The notes beneath the pieces are model-generated. The model worked only from the letters and a program-made list of their open reading frames with translations, was not told the DNA's origin and did not search any database. From positions 1 to 36,164 of the forward strand of contig CAZXTO010000002.1 in NCBI GenBank assembly GCA_964643675.1: DNA of 36,164 nt, read 5' to 3'. Position 1 is the stretch's first letter. Each line of letters begins with the position of its first letter. The translations under genes were made by a program, and so were the position numbers. Positions 23,328 to 31,417 of the stretch are shown here, piece by piece. This DNA is from an uncultured Planctomycetales bacterium (lineage in GTDB: Bacteria > Planctomycetota > UBA1135).

Positions 23328-23338
23328 GATCGGAGGGG

Positions 23339-26300
23339 ATGGCCTGCTGGCGCCTCCCGCTGCTCCTCTTCTGCTCCCTGCTCGCGGCCGCCGCGCCGGC
23401 GCAGGACGCCGCCCCGCGCCCCAACATCGTCCTGATCCTCAGCGACGACCAGGGCACGGTCGACCTGGGGGTCTGCGGCACCGAGGACGCGATCACGCCG
23501 CATCTCGACGCGCTCGCCTCGCGCGGGCTTCGCTTCACCCAGTTCTACGCCGCCTCGCCGATCTGCTCGCCGTCGCGCGCGGGGCTCCTGACCGGCCGCT
23601 ACCCGCACCGGGTCGGGGTGCCGGGCAACGTCTGGCCGGGCGGGCCGGGGCTGCGCGGGGACGAGACCACCCTCGCCGAGGTCTTCCGCGACGCCGGCTA
23701 CGCCACCGCGCTGTTCGGCAAGTGGCACCTCGGCAGCCGGCCGGGCGAGCGGCCCAACGACCAGGGCTTCGAGCGCTTCTTCGGCCACCACAAGGGCTGC
23801 ATCGACAACTGGTCGCACTTCTTCTACTGGAGCGGCCCGAACCGCCACGACCTGTGGCGCGACGAGGTGGAGGTCTGGGAGGAGGGCGCCCACTTCGGCG
23901 ACCTGATCGTGCGCGAGGCGCGCGCCTTCCTGCGCGAGCGCGCCGCCGCGGATGACGGCCGGCCCTTCCTGCTCTACCTGCCCTTCAACTCGCCGCACTA
24001 CCCGCTGCAAGGCAAGGCAGAGCATCGGGCCCTGTTCGCCGGCACGGAAGGCCCGCGCGCCGACTACCTGGCGCTGCTCGCCACCATGGACGCGCAGATC
24101 GGCGCCGTGCTCGGCGAGCTCGACGCGCTCGGTATGCGCGAGGACACGATCGTCGTGTTCCAGTCCGACCACGGGCACTCCACCGAGGAGCGCAGCTTCG
24201 GCGGCGGCGGCAGCGCGGGTCCCTACCGCGGGGCGAAGTTCAGCCTGTTCGAGGGCGGCATCCGGGTGCCGGCGATCCTGTCCTGGCCGGGGCGCCTGGC
24301 GGAGGGTGCGGTCACCGAGGAGCTCGGCCACGCGATGGACTGGCTGCCGACCCTGTGCGAGCTGGCCGGGGTGGCGCCGCCGCCCGAGCTCGACGGCCGC
24401 AGCCTGGTGCCGGTGATCCACGGCCGAGGCGTCCCGCCGACCCCGCGGCTGCTCCACTGGCAGGTCGGCGACCAGTGGGCGGTGCGCATCGGCGCCGAGA
24501 AGCTGATCCGCAACCCGCGCGACACCGACCGCAGCAAGCTGAAGGGAGCGGACGCGCGCTTCTTCGTGGATCTCGGCGCTGACCCGGGCGAGCGGCGGAA
24601 CCTCGCCGCCGATCAGGAGGACCTGGTCGAGGCCTTCACCGCCTTGCACCGGACCTGGCGCGAAGACGTCGATGGCTTGGAGCAGAAGGTGCTGTTCCTC
24701 GGCCTGGACGGGGTGCGGGCGGACGCGCTGCGGGCCGCGGACACGCCGCACCTGGACTCCCTGATCGCCGCCGGCGGCTTCACGGATCGGGCGCGCGGCG
24801 TGGGGATGAGCGGGCACAGCGGGCCGAATTGGGCCAGCCTGCTGACTGGGCTGGAGCCGTCGCGGCACGGCGTCTCCGCCAACGGCGACGACCCCGAAGA
24901 CCTGGGGGTCTTCCCACACCTGTTCCGGTTGGTGAAGCAGGCGCGCCCCGAGCTGCACACGGCGAGCTTCGCCAAGTGGACGCCGATCAACGCCGCGCTC
25001 ACCCCGGACGACGTCGCCGAGCTCGAGTTCTCGGCCGCCGACGGCTTCGAGGTGCCGCAGGAAGCCGTGGATGGCGACCCGGTGATCGCTGCCGAGGTCG
25101 CCCGTTTCCTGCGCGGCGAGGGCAAGCTGCCGCCGGCCGAACCGGACGTGGTGGTCGTGCACCTCGACCAGGTGGACGGCGCCGGCCACGCCCACGGCTA
25201 CCACCCCGAGCAGCCCGAGTACCTGGCCGCGATCGAGCGCGTCGACGCCTTGGTGGGCGAGATCCTGGCCGCGCTGCGTTCGCGGGAGGACGTGGAGCGC
25301 GGCCGCGAGCAGTGGCTGGTGCTCGTCACCACCGACCACGGCGGCTACGGCCGCGGCGGCCAGAACACCGGCCACTCGATCACCGGCGAGGAAGAGCAGG
25401 ACGAGGCGGTCCGCAGCACCTGGTGGATCCTGTCCGGCCCCACGGTCCCCGCCGGCGCCGAGCTGGGCGCTCCGCGGGCGGTGGACGCGGTGCCCACCAT
25501 GCTGCACCACCTGCGGGTGGACCCGGGCCGCTTCTCCCTCGATGGGCGGGTGGTGATCCCGGCCGCGCCCACCCCGACCGCCGCTCCCGCGTCGACGGGC
25601 GCCGCCCCGCCTGGTGGACCCGAGGCTCCGGCCGGTCCGCCGCCGCTGCGCTTCACCTTCACGCCGGTCGCAGGCATCGGCCCGGAGGCCGGGCTGATCC
25701 GGCGCGACCCCAGCGACGTCGTGGCGGTCGGTGACCGCCACCTGGTCTGGTACACCAAGCTGCGCCGGGGCATGCCGACCTACCCCGAGGGTTATGGCGG
25801 CGAGATCTGGTACGCCGAGTCGCGCGACGAAGGGCGGAGCTGGACCGAGCGCGGGCGCGCCCTCGGCCACGGTCCGGCGGGCGGCTTCGATGCCCACGGG
25901 GTCTTCACCCCGAACGTCCTGCAGCATGAGGGGAGCTGGTTCCTCTACTACACCGCGGTCGCCGAGGGCTTCACCAACGCCGAGGTCGCAGCGAGCGGTC
26001 GCACGGTGATCGCGGTCGCCCGCGCCGACTCGCCCGACGGCCCTTGGGTTCGTCCGCGGCGGCCGATCCTGGCGAGCCGATGGGAGCAGCCGGGGGCCTT
26101 CGACAGCTACCGCGTCGACGACGCCTGCCTGGCGGTTGGGGACGAGGGTGAGCTCCGCCTCTACTACAAGGGGCGCAGCGTCGCCGATGGGCGCTCGGGG
26201 CCGCGCCACACCCGCATGGGCCTGGCGACCGCCGCGTCGCCCGAGGGGCCTTTCCGCCGCGTGGGGCCGGGTCCGATCCAGGACTCCGGGCACGAGGTCC

Positions 26301-26572
26301 TGGTGTTCCCGCAAGGCGGCGCCTGGTGGAGCCTGGTCTCGCCGCACGGCCCGCGCGGCCGCAGCCTGCGCTTCAGCTTCGATGGAATGGACTTTGACCA
26401 GCACCTGTACCGCGCCATCGAGGGCCCGGCCCTGCGCGCGCCGGGCTTGTTCCGGCCGGAGCTGAGCGGCGGCCAGGCTCCGCTGCCCGGCGCGCCGCGC
26501 TGGGGCCTGCACATGTCAGGCTATGGCGGCGAGCCGGGTTTGGAGCGCTTCGAGCTGCAGGTGGCCGGCTAG
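23339..26572 (+). CDS. Secreted three-domain fusion: Cys-type sulfatase + type I phosphodiesterase/nucleotide pyrophosphatase (NPP)-like domain + Pro-rich linker + 5-bladed beta-propeller glycosidase-like (GH43/GH117-like) domain, 1077 aa
   Basis: The start is MACWRLPLLLFCSLLAAAAPA at 23339, preceded by GGAGGGG. The 194 upstream track codons overlap the previous gene out of frame.
- Domain 1: NIVLILSDDQG, ICSPSRAGLLTGRYPHR, SDHGHS.
- Domain 2: VLFLGLDGVRADAL, HSGPNWASLLTGLEPSRHGV, HLDQVDGAGHAHG, TTDHGG.
- Linker: PAAPTPTAAPASTGAAPPGGPEAPAGPPP.
- Domain 3: LIRRDPSDVVAVGDRHLVWYT, AESRDEGRSW, DDACLAV. Confidence 0.85.
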   Translation: MACWRLPLLLFCSLLAAAAPAQDAAPRPNIVLILSDDQGTVDLGVCGTEDAITPHLDALASRGLRFTQFYAASPICSPSRAGLLTGRYPHRVGVPGNVWPGGPGLRGDETTLAEVFRDAGYATALFGKWHLGSRPGERPNDQGFERFFGHHKGCIDNWSHFFYWSGPNRHDLWRDEVEVWEEGAHFGDLIVREARAFLRERAAADDGRPFLLYLPFNSPHYPLQGKAEHRALFAGTEGPRADYLALLATMDAQIGAVLGELDALGMREDTIVVFQSDHGHSTEERSFGGGGSAGPYRGAKFSLFEGGIRVPAILSWPGRLAEGAVTEELGHAMDWLPTLCELAGVAPPPELDGRSLVPVIHGRGVPPTPRLLHWQVGDQWAVRIGAEKLIRNPRDTDRSKLKGADARFFVDLGADPGERRNLAADQEDLVEAFTALHRTWREDVDGLEQKVLFLGLDGVRADALRAADTPHLDSLIAAGGFTDRARGVGMSGHSGPNWASLLTGLEPSRHGVSANGDDPEDLGVFPHLFRLVKQARPELHTASFAKWTPINAALTPDDVAELEFSAADGFEVPQEAVDGDPVIAAEVARFLRGEGKLPPAEPDVVVVHLDQVDGAGHAHGYHPEQPEYLAAIERVDALVGEILAALRSREDVERGREQWLVLVTTDHGGYGRGGQNTGHSITGEEEQDEAVRSTWWILSGPTVPAGAELGAPRAVDAVPTMLHHLRVDPGRFSLDGRVVIPAAPTPTAAPASTGAAPPGGPEAPAGPPPLRFTFTPVAGIGPEAGLIRRDPSDVVAVGDRHLVWYTKLRRGMPTYPEGYGGEIWYAESRDEGRSWTERGRALGHGPAGGFDAHGVFTPNVLQHEGSWFLYYTAVAEGFTNAEVAASGRTVIAVARADSPDGPWVRPRRPILASRWEQPGAFDSYRVDDACLAVGDEGELRLYYKGRSVADGRSGPRHTRMGLATAASPEGPFRRVGPGPIQDSGHEVLVFPQGGAWWSLVSPHGPRGRSLRFSFDGMDFDQHLYRAIEGPALRAPGLFRPELSGGQAPLPGAPRWGLHMSGYGGEPGLERFELQVAG

Positions 26573-26605
26573 GAGCCGGCCGCGCGCCTGCGGCGCCGCG
26601 GGGGA

Positions 26606-26647
26606 AATCGACGTCTGACCCCGAATTAATCGATGTCTGACCCCGAA
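26606..26647. repeat. 22-bp tandem duplication (20-nt cores, one mismatch) across the 3' end of the amidotransferase gene
   Basis: AATCGACGTCTGACCCCGAA (26606..26625) and AATCGATGTCTGACCCCGAA (26628..26647). The second copy encodes the last residues (ISGSDID). The TAA stop (26626..26628) sits at the junction of the two copies. Confidence 0.8.
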
Positions 26648-27354
26648 ATGGCGCGGAACTTCCTCAGCAGGCTGGCGGCCTTGAGGGACTCGCGGGTCGG
26701 TTCACCGAGCAGGCCGATGCGCTTGCGGCCGGCGACGGCCTCCTCGCGGTAGCACTCCTTGTAGCCGTTCATGACCGGGCCATCGATCTCGGGGTGGAAT
26801 TGCACGCCCCAGCAGCGGTCGGTGAAGCGGAGAGCGTGGTGGGGCTCGTAGGCGTTCTTGGCCAGGACCACGGCGCCGGGCGGCGGCTCCAGCACCGACT
26901 GGGCGTGGGTGGCCTGGGCGGCGAAGCTGGCGGGCAGGCTCGAGAACAGCGGATCCTCAGCCGCGGCCGGCAGCAGCTCGACCTCGACCGTGCCGAGCTC
27001 CATGCCATCGGGATGATCACCCACCACCCCGCCGAGGGCGGAGGCGATCAGCTGGTGGCCGAAGCAGATCCCGAACAGCGGCAGGCCGCGCTCGACCGCG
27101 TCCAGCACCCACTCCTCCAGCGCGCGCATCCATGGGCTGCGCGCGGTCACCATCTCGGGGGAGCCGGTGAGCACGGCGCCGGCGTAGCCGCTCGGGTACG
27201 GCAGGGCCTGGTCCAGATAGGGTGAGCACTCGGGAGAATCCCACTCCCACCAGCCGCCCGCGGCCCGGATCCAGTCGGCGAAGTCGCCGTAGCGCTCCCG
27301 GATCGGGTCCTTCGTCGTGCCGCAGTTCACGATCAGGATCGGCGGCAGCTTCAT
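26626..27354 (-). CDS. Class I glutamine amidotransferase-like protein (stand-alone GATase1), 242 aa
   Basis: The start is MKLPPILIV at 27354, overlapping the upstream lipoprotein stop (ATGA). It has the nucleophile elbow LPLFGICFGHQL and the His-Glu pair in VQFHPE. Track N-terminal extension rejected. Confidence 0.85.
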   Translation of the reverse strand: MKLPPILIVNCGTTKDPIRERYGDFADWIRAAGGWWEWDSPECSPYLDQALPYPSGYAGAVLTGSPEMVTARSPWMRALEEWVLDAVERGLPLFGICFGHQLIASALGGVVGDHPDGMELGTVEVELLPAAAEDPLFSSLPASFAAQATHAQSVLEPPPGAVVLAKNAYEPHHALRFTDRCWGVQFHPEIDGPVMNGYKECYREEAVAGRKRIGLLGEPTRESLKAASLLRKFRAISGSDID

Positions 27355-27752
27355 TCGCGCTCTCCGTCGCGGCCCTCCCCCTTCCCTTCTTCGATCACCT
27401 GCACCAGCCGCCACTCGGCGTCGAAGCGCAGCCGCAGCCGATGGGCGAGGGTCTCGCTGTCGCGCCAATTGAAGCTCAGAGACTGCCCGCGGGCGACCGG
27501 CACGCTGACGTTGAAGCCCTGGCCGTCGCCCTCGTCCCACGTCCAGGTCAGGATGGCGCCGTCGCCGTCCTCGGCGACCTCGGCGGGGGCGCCCAGGCGG
27601 TCGAGGGCTTCGGCCAGGGCGTCGCCGGGGGCCAGAGCGGCGACCTGCGCCGGCGGCGGCTCCTGGAACAGCCGGTGCTGGTTCAGGTTGAAGCTGACGC
27701 AGGCCGGGAGCAGCAGCAGCCCGGCCGCGCCGAGGAGAGGGAGGCGAAGCAC
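27351..27752 (-). CDS. Small lipoprotein, BamE/SmpA-OmlA-like, 133 aa
   Basis: Lipobox LLLPAC. It shares L.PG...(A/E)..(L/R)LGAPA.V.E with the upstream lipoprotein. Confidence 0.6.
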   Translation of the reverse strand: MLRLPLLGAAGLLLLPACVSFNLNQHRLFQEPPPAQVAALAPGDALAEALDRLGAPAEVAEDGDGAILTWTWDEGDGQGFNVSVPVARGQSLSFNWRDSETLAHRLRLRFDAEWRLVQVIEEGKGEGRDGERE

Positions 27753-27755
27753 GAG

Positions 27756-28130
27756 CTAGAACAGCGGGATGTCGTACTCGGCGTCGGCCGCCTGCAGGGT
27801 GCTGCCGTAGTGGGTGAGCACGTCGTTCTCGTCGAAGAAGACCCAGCAGCGGTCGGCCTGGATGTCGCGCCCGTGCAGGCCGAGCACCAGCAAGAACAGA
27901 CCCTCCTGCTTGTCCTGGACGTGTTCGTAGAGCCAGGCCGAGCGCTGGCCGAGCTCGACCACCTGGGCCGGGGCGCCGAGACGCTCGGCCACTTCGAGCG
28001 CGGTGGTGGTGCCAGGCTGGAGGCTGGCGATCCGCTCCGGATCGAGGGCCTGATTGGTGGTGGAGCGGCTCATGGCGCAGGCCGGCAGGGTGGCGAGGCC
28101 CAGGAGCAGCAGGAGTGCGGCGGAACGCAT
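27756..28130 (-). CDS. Small lipoprotein, BamE/SmpA-OmlA-like, 124 aa
   Basis: Lipobox ATLPAC. LQPGTTTALEVAERLGAPAQVVE resembles the SmpA/OmlA core. It is the first gene of a three-gene minus-strand operon. Confidence 0.6.
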   Translation of the reverse strand: MRSAALLLLLGLATLPACAMSRSTTNQALDPERIASLQPGTTTALEVAERLGAPAQVVELGQRSAWLYEHVQDKQEGLFLLVLGLHGRDIQADRCWVFFDENDVLTHYGSTLQAADAEYDIPLF

Positions 28131-28142
28131 GGGGATAGGGTA
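28131..28142 (-). promoter_or_regulatory. -10-like TACCCT box 6 nt upstream of the lipoprotein ATG
   Basis: The minus strand reads TACCCT-ATCCCC-ATG, with TACCCT the complement of 28137..28142. Confidence 0.3.
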
Positions 28143-28170
28143 GATCCGCCGCCCGGCCCCGGCTGCGATG

Positions 28171-28186
28171 GCTTGTTATAACAAGC
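28171..28186. promoter_or_regulatory. Perfect 16-bp palindrome GCTTGTTATAACAAGC (candidate operator) containing a TATAAC -10-like box 8 nt upstream of the sialidase ATG
   Basis: Read directly from the sequence: the site equals its own reverse complement. It is AT-rich in a very GC-rich background. TATAAC lies at 28177..28182, followed by 8 nt and ATG 28191. Confidence 0.5.
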
Positions 28187-28190
28187 GCCC

Positions 28191-31100
28191 ATGAAGCTCC
28201 TCCTGCCCCGCCTGATCGCGCTCCTGGTGGCCGCCGGGACGCTGGCCGCCCTCGCTCCGGGCCAGGCCACCCAGACCAGCTTCGAGGAGCTGCCCGCGGG
28301 CGCCTTCACCAGCCTCGAGGGCGCGCTCGGGGAGTGGCGCGCCGACCCGGGCGCGGCCGAGATCGACCCGGCCCACGCCGCCGACGGGAGCCAGTGCCTG
28401 CACCTCTTCGGCGGCGAGGAGAGCGTGGTGGAGCTGCGCCTGGCCGGCGGCGCGAGTCCGGTGCACGAGCTCAGCTTCCGAGCCGAGCGCTGGACCCGCC
28501 AAGGGCCGTTCCGGTTCCGCGTCGAGGTCCGGCGCGGCCGCAAGTGGGAGCAGGTCTACGACGGCGACGCCGAGATCCGGGTCGGCGGCTTCCTGGTGCG
28601 CCCGCGGATCCGGATCGACGGCCGCATCGACCGGCTGCGCTTCCGCTGCAGCTCCCCGCCCGGCAAGGGCGTGCTGATCGACGAGCTGCGGCTCGAGCCG
28701 CCCGGGCCGATGGAGCTGGTGCGGGCCGACGTGCTCCAGCCGGTGCTGCCGGTGTTGGTCGGCAACCGCGTCAACCCGGTGCTGCGGCTCGAGCTCGAGA
28801 CCCGCGGCAACCTGCGCCCGCTGGAGCTGAGCGAGGTCGTGGTCGATCTGCGCGGCACCACCCGGCCGCAGGACCTCGAGGCGGTCGAGCTCTACGCCGG
28901 CGGCGAGTCGCGGGAGCTCGGCTACCGCAGCCCCGGCGCGGAATTCGACGCCGAGCGACGATTCGGCGCCGCCCGGAAGCCGACGGCGGGCGCGGCCGAG
29001 GAGCTGCGTTTCCGCGGCCGCTTCCCCCTGCAACCCGGCCAGAACTGCTTCTGGCTGTCCGTGCGCCCGCGCCCCGACGCCGACCTGGACGGCCGCGTCG
29101 ACGCCGCGGTCCTGCGCCTGCGCCTCGCCGATGGCAGCTGGATCCTGCCGGCCGAGCCGCGGCCGCCCGAGTCGCAGCGCCTCGGCGTGGCCCTGCGCAA
29201 CGCCGGCGACGACGGCAGCGCCGCCTACCGCATCCCGGGGCTGGTCACGACCAAGGTCGGCACCCTGATCGCGGTCTACGACGCGCGCTGGAAGGGCTGG
29301 GGCGACCTGCCCGGCGACATCGACGTCGGCATGTCGCGCAGCACCGACGGCGGCCGCAGCTGGGAGCCGATGCGCATCATCCTGGACTGCGGCGACGACC
29401 CCGCCTTCCGCCACGACGGCGTCGGCGACCCGGCGGTGCTGGTCGACCGCCAGACCGGCACCATCTGGGTCATGGCGACCTGGAGCCACGGCGACCGCAG
29501 CTGGAACGGCTCCGGCCCCGGGCTGGAGCCGGTGGAGACCGGCCAGCTGCTGCTCACCCGCAGCGATGACGACGGCCTGAGCTGGTCCGATCCCATCAAC
29601 ATCACCCGGCAGGTGAAGGATCCGGCGTGGAGCTTCGTCCTCCAGGGGCCGGGCCGCGGCATCACCATGCGCGACGGCACCCTGGTCTTCCCGGGCGACG
29701 TCCGCCGCTCGCCCGAGGAAGGCAAAGTGCCGAGCGCGACCGTGATCTTCAGCCGCGACCACGGCGAGAGCTGGCAGATCGGCAGCCTGGCGCGGGAGAA
29801 CACCACCGAGTCAGCGGTGGTCGAGCTGGCCGACGGCGAGCTGATGCTCAACATGCGCGACAACCGCGGCGGCTCGCGCGCGGTGATGGTCTCGCCGGAT
29901 CTCGGCGCCACCTGGAGCGACCACCCCAGCACCCGCAGCCTGCTGCCGGAACCGGTCTGCATGGCGAGCCTGATCCACGTCGGCCGCGAACTCAGCGGCG
30001 AATCCGACGGCCGCTTGCTGTTCAGCAACCCCAGCGTGGACCGGGCCCCGCGGCGCCGCATGAGCGTGCAGCTCTCGAGCGACTCCGGCGCCAGCTGGCC
30101 GGTCGCCCAGCGCATCCTGCTCGACGAGGGTGCCTCCGCCGGCTATTCCTGCCTGACGATGATCGACGACCAGACTGTCGGCATCCTCTACGAGTCGAGC
30201 CGGGCCCAGCTCGCCTTCCAGCGCCTGGCTCTGCAGGACTTCGAGGCCGCGCTGCCCGCCGGCTACTCGATCCCGGTGATCGATCTCGACGCCGAGGGCG
30301 AGCGCCAGACCGTGGTCGACCGCGAAGAGGGGCAGTACCTCGGTCACCCGACCACCGTCCTGCTCGAGGACGGTCGCACCATGATCGCGGTCTACCCCAA
30401 GGGCCACGGCAAGGGCGCGATCGTGATGAAGCGCAGCGCCGACGGCGGCCGGACCTGGTCCGAGCGCTTGCCGGTGCCGGAGTCCTGGGCCACCTCCAAG
30501 GAGGTGCCGACGATCTACCGCGTGGTCGACGCCGCCGGCAAGAAGCGCCTGATCCTGTTCAGCGGCCTGTACCCGATCCGGATGGCGGTCAGCGAGGACG
30601 ACGGCGCCAGCTGGAGCGAGCTCGAGCCGATCGGCGACTACGGCGGCATCGTCGCCAACGCCGCCCTGACCGAGGTCGGCCCCGGCGAGTACCTGGCGTG
30701 GTTCCACGACGACGGCCGCTTCATCGGCGAGCGGCACGCGCCGCCCGAAGACGGCCACCGCTTCCACCTCTACCAGATCCGCTCCACCGACGGCGGGTTG
30801 AGCTGGAGCGCGCCCGAGGTGATCGCCAGCCACGAGGTCGCCCACCTGTGCGAGCCGGGCGTGGTGTGGTCGCCCGACGGCGAGACCATGGCGCTGCTGC
30901 TGCGCGAGAACAGCCGCCGGCTCAACAGCCACGTGGTCTTCAGCGGCGACCGCGGGCGCAGCTGGAGCGATCCGCGCGAGCTGCCGGCCGCCCTCACCGG
31001 CGACCGCCACACCGCGGTCCGGACCGCCGACGGCCGCCTCTTCATCAGCTTCCGCGACACCGCCCGCGCGAGCGACACCCAGGGCGACTGGTGCGCCTGG

Positions 31101-31322
31101 GTCGGGACCTGGGAGGACATCGTCGCCGGCCGCGAGGGGCAGTACCGCGTGCGCCTGAAGGACAACCAGCACCGCTGGGACTGCGCCTACCCGGGCGTGG
31201 TCCTGCTGCCCGACGACACCATCGTCACCACGACCTACGGGCACTGGGAGGAGGGGAAACAACCCTATGTCCTTTCGATCCGCCTGCGGCTGGCGGAAAT
31301 GGACGCGAAGTTGGGTCGATAG
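28191..31322 (+). CDS. Secreted exo-alpha-sialidase (GH33) with N-terminal carbohydrate-binding-like domains and a second C-terminal BNR/sialidase-like propeller, 1043 aa
   Basis: A signal peptide is present.
- First propeller: FRIP-type motif AAYRIPGL and Asp-boxes SRSTDGGRSW, SDDDGLSW, SRDHGESW, SPDLGATW, SSDSGASW. Candidate catalytic residues are GVGDPAV, ESAVVEL and AGYSCL.
- Residues ~700-1043: a second set of Asp-boxes (SADGGRTW, SEDDGASW, STDGGLSW, SGDRGRSW) with no RIP motif. Confidence 0.9.
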   Translation: MKLLLPRLIALLVAAGTLAALAPGQATQTSFEELPAGAFTSLEGALGEWRADPGAAEIDPAHAADGSQCLHLFGGEESVVELRLAGGASPVHELSFRAERWTRQGPFRFRVEVRRGRKWEQVYDGDAEIRVGGFLVRPRIRIDGRIDRLRFRCSSPPGKGVLIDELRLEPPGPMELVRADVLQPVLPVLVGNRVNPVLRLELETRGNLRPLELSEVVVDLRGTTRPQDLEAVELYAGGESRELGYRSPGAEFDAERRFGAARKPTAGAAEELRFRGRFPLQPGQNCFWLSVRPRPDADLDGRVDAAVLRLRLADGSWILPAEPRPPESQRLGVALRNAGDDGSAAYRIPGLVTTKVGTLIAVYDARWKGWGDLPGDIDVGMSRSTDGGRSWEPMRIILDCGDDPAFRHDGVGDPAVLVDRQTGTIWVMATWSHGDRSWNGSGPGLEPVETGQLLLTRSDDDGLSWSDPINITRQVKDPAWSFVLQGPGRGITMRDGTLVFPGDVRRSPEEGKVPSATVIFSRDHGESWQIGSLARENTTESAVVELADGELMLNMRDNRGGSRAVMVSPDLGATWSDHPSTRSLLPEPVCMASLIHVGRELSGESDGRLLFSNPSVDRAPRRRMSVQLSSDSGASWPVAQRILLDEGASAGYSCLTMIDDQTVGILYESSRAQLAFQRLALQDFEAALPAGYSIPVIDLDAEGERQTVVDREEGQYLGHPTTVLLEDGRTMIAVYPKGHGKGAIVMKRSADGGRTWSERLPVPESWATSKEVPTIYRVVDAAGKKRLILFSGLYPIRMAVSEDDGASWSELEPIGDYGGIVANAALTEVGPGEYLAWFHDDGRFIGERHAPPEDGHRFHLYQIRSTDGGLSWSAPEVIASHEVAHLCEPGVVWSPDGETMALLLRENSRRLNSHVVFSGDRGRSWSDPRELPAALTGDRHTAVRTADGRLFISFRDTARASDTQGDWCAWVGTWEDIVAGREGQYRVRLKDNQHRWDCAYPGVVLLPDDTIVTTTYGHWEEGKQPYVLSIRLRLAEMDAKLGR

Positions 31323-31379
31323 GCGGCGGACGCCCCTCTCCGGGCCCCGAAGCGTGGAGCCGGCGTGGGAATTCCATGG

Positions 31380-31385
31380 CATAAT
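31380..31385 (+). promoter_or_regulatory. -10-like CATAAT box upstream of the VTC operon
   Basis: CATAAT lies in an AT-rich patch (GGAATTCCATGGCATAATCAAGAGG). Seven nt downstream is ATG 31393, which opens a two-codon mini-ORF (ATG CCC TGA). The VTC gene ATG is at 31418. Confidence 0.35.
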
Positions 31386-31417
31386 CAAGAGGATGCCCTG
31401 ACGGGCAGGCTCCAGCC

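Noticed and set aside
23324-26512. Track ORF of 1062 aa on the minus strand
   Set aside because: It lies antisense to the three-domain sulfatase fusion, whose plus-strand frame carries several unambiguous catalytic motifs. The antisense translation is low-complexity.
28176-31388. Track ORFs 28176..29762 (-), 29811..31388 (-), 28334..29569 (+) and 29627..31384 (+)
   Set aside because: These are antisense or off-frame relative to the sialidase gene, whose frame contains the RIP motif and nine Asp-boxes. The alternatives are R/P/G-rich.
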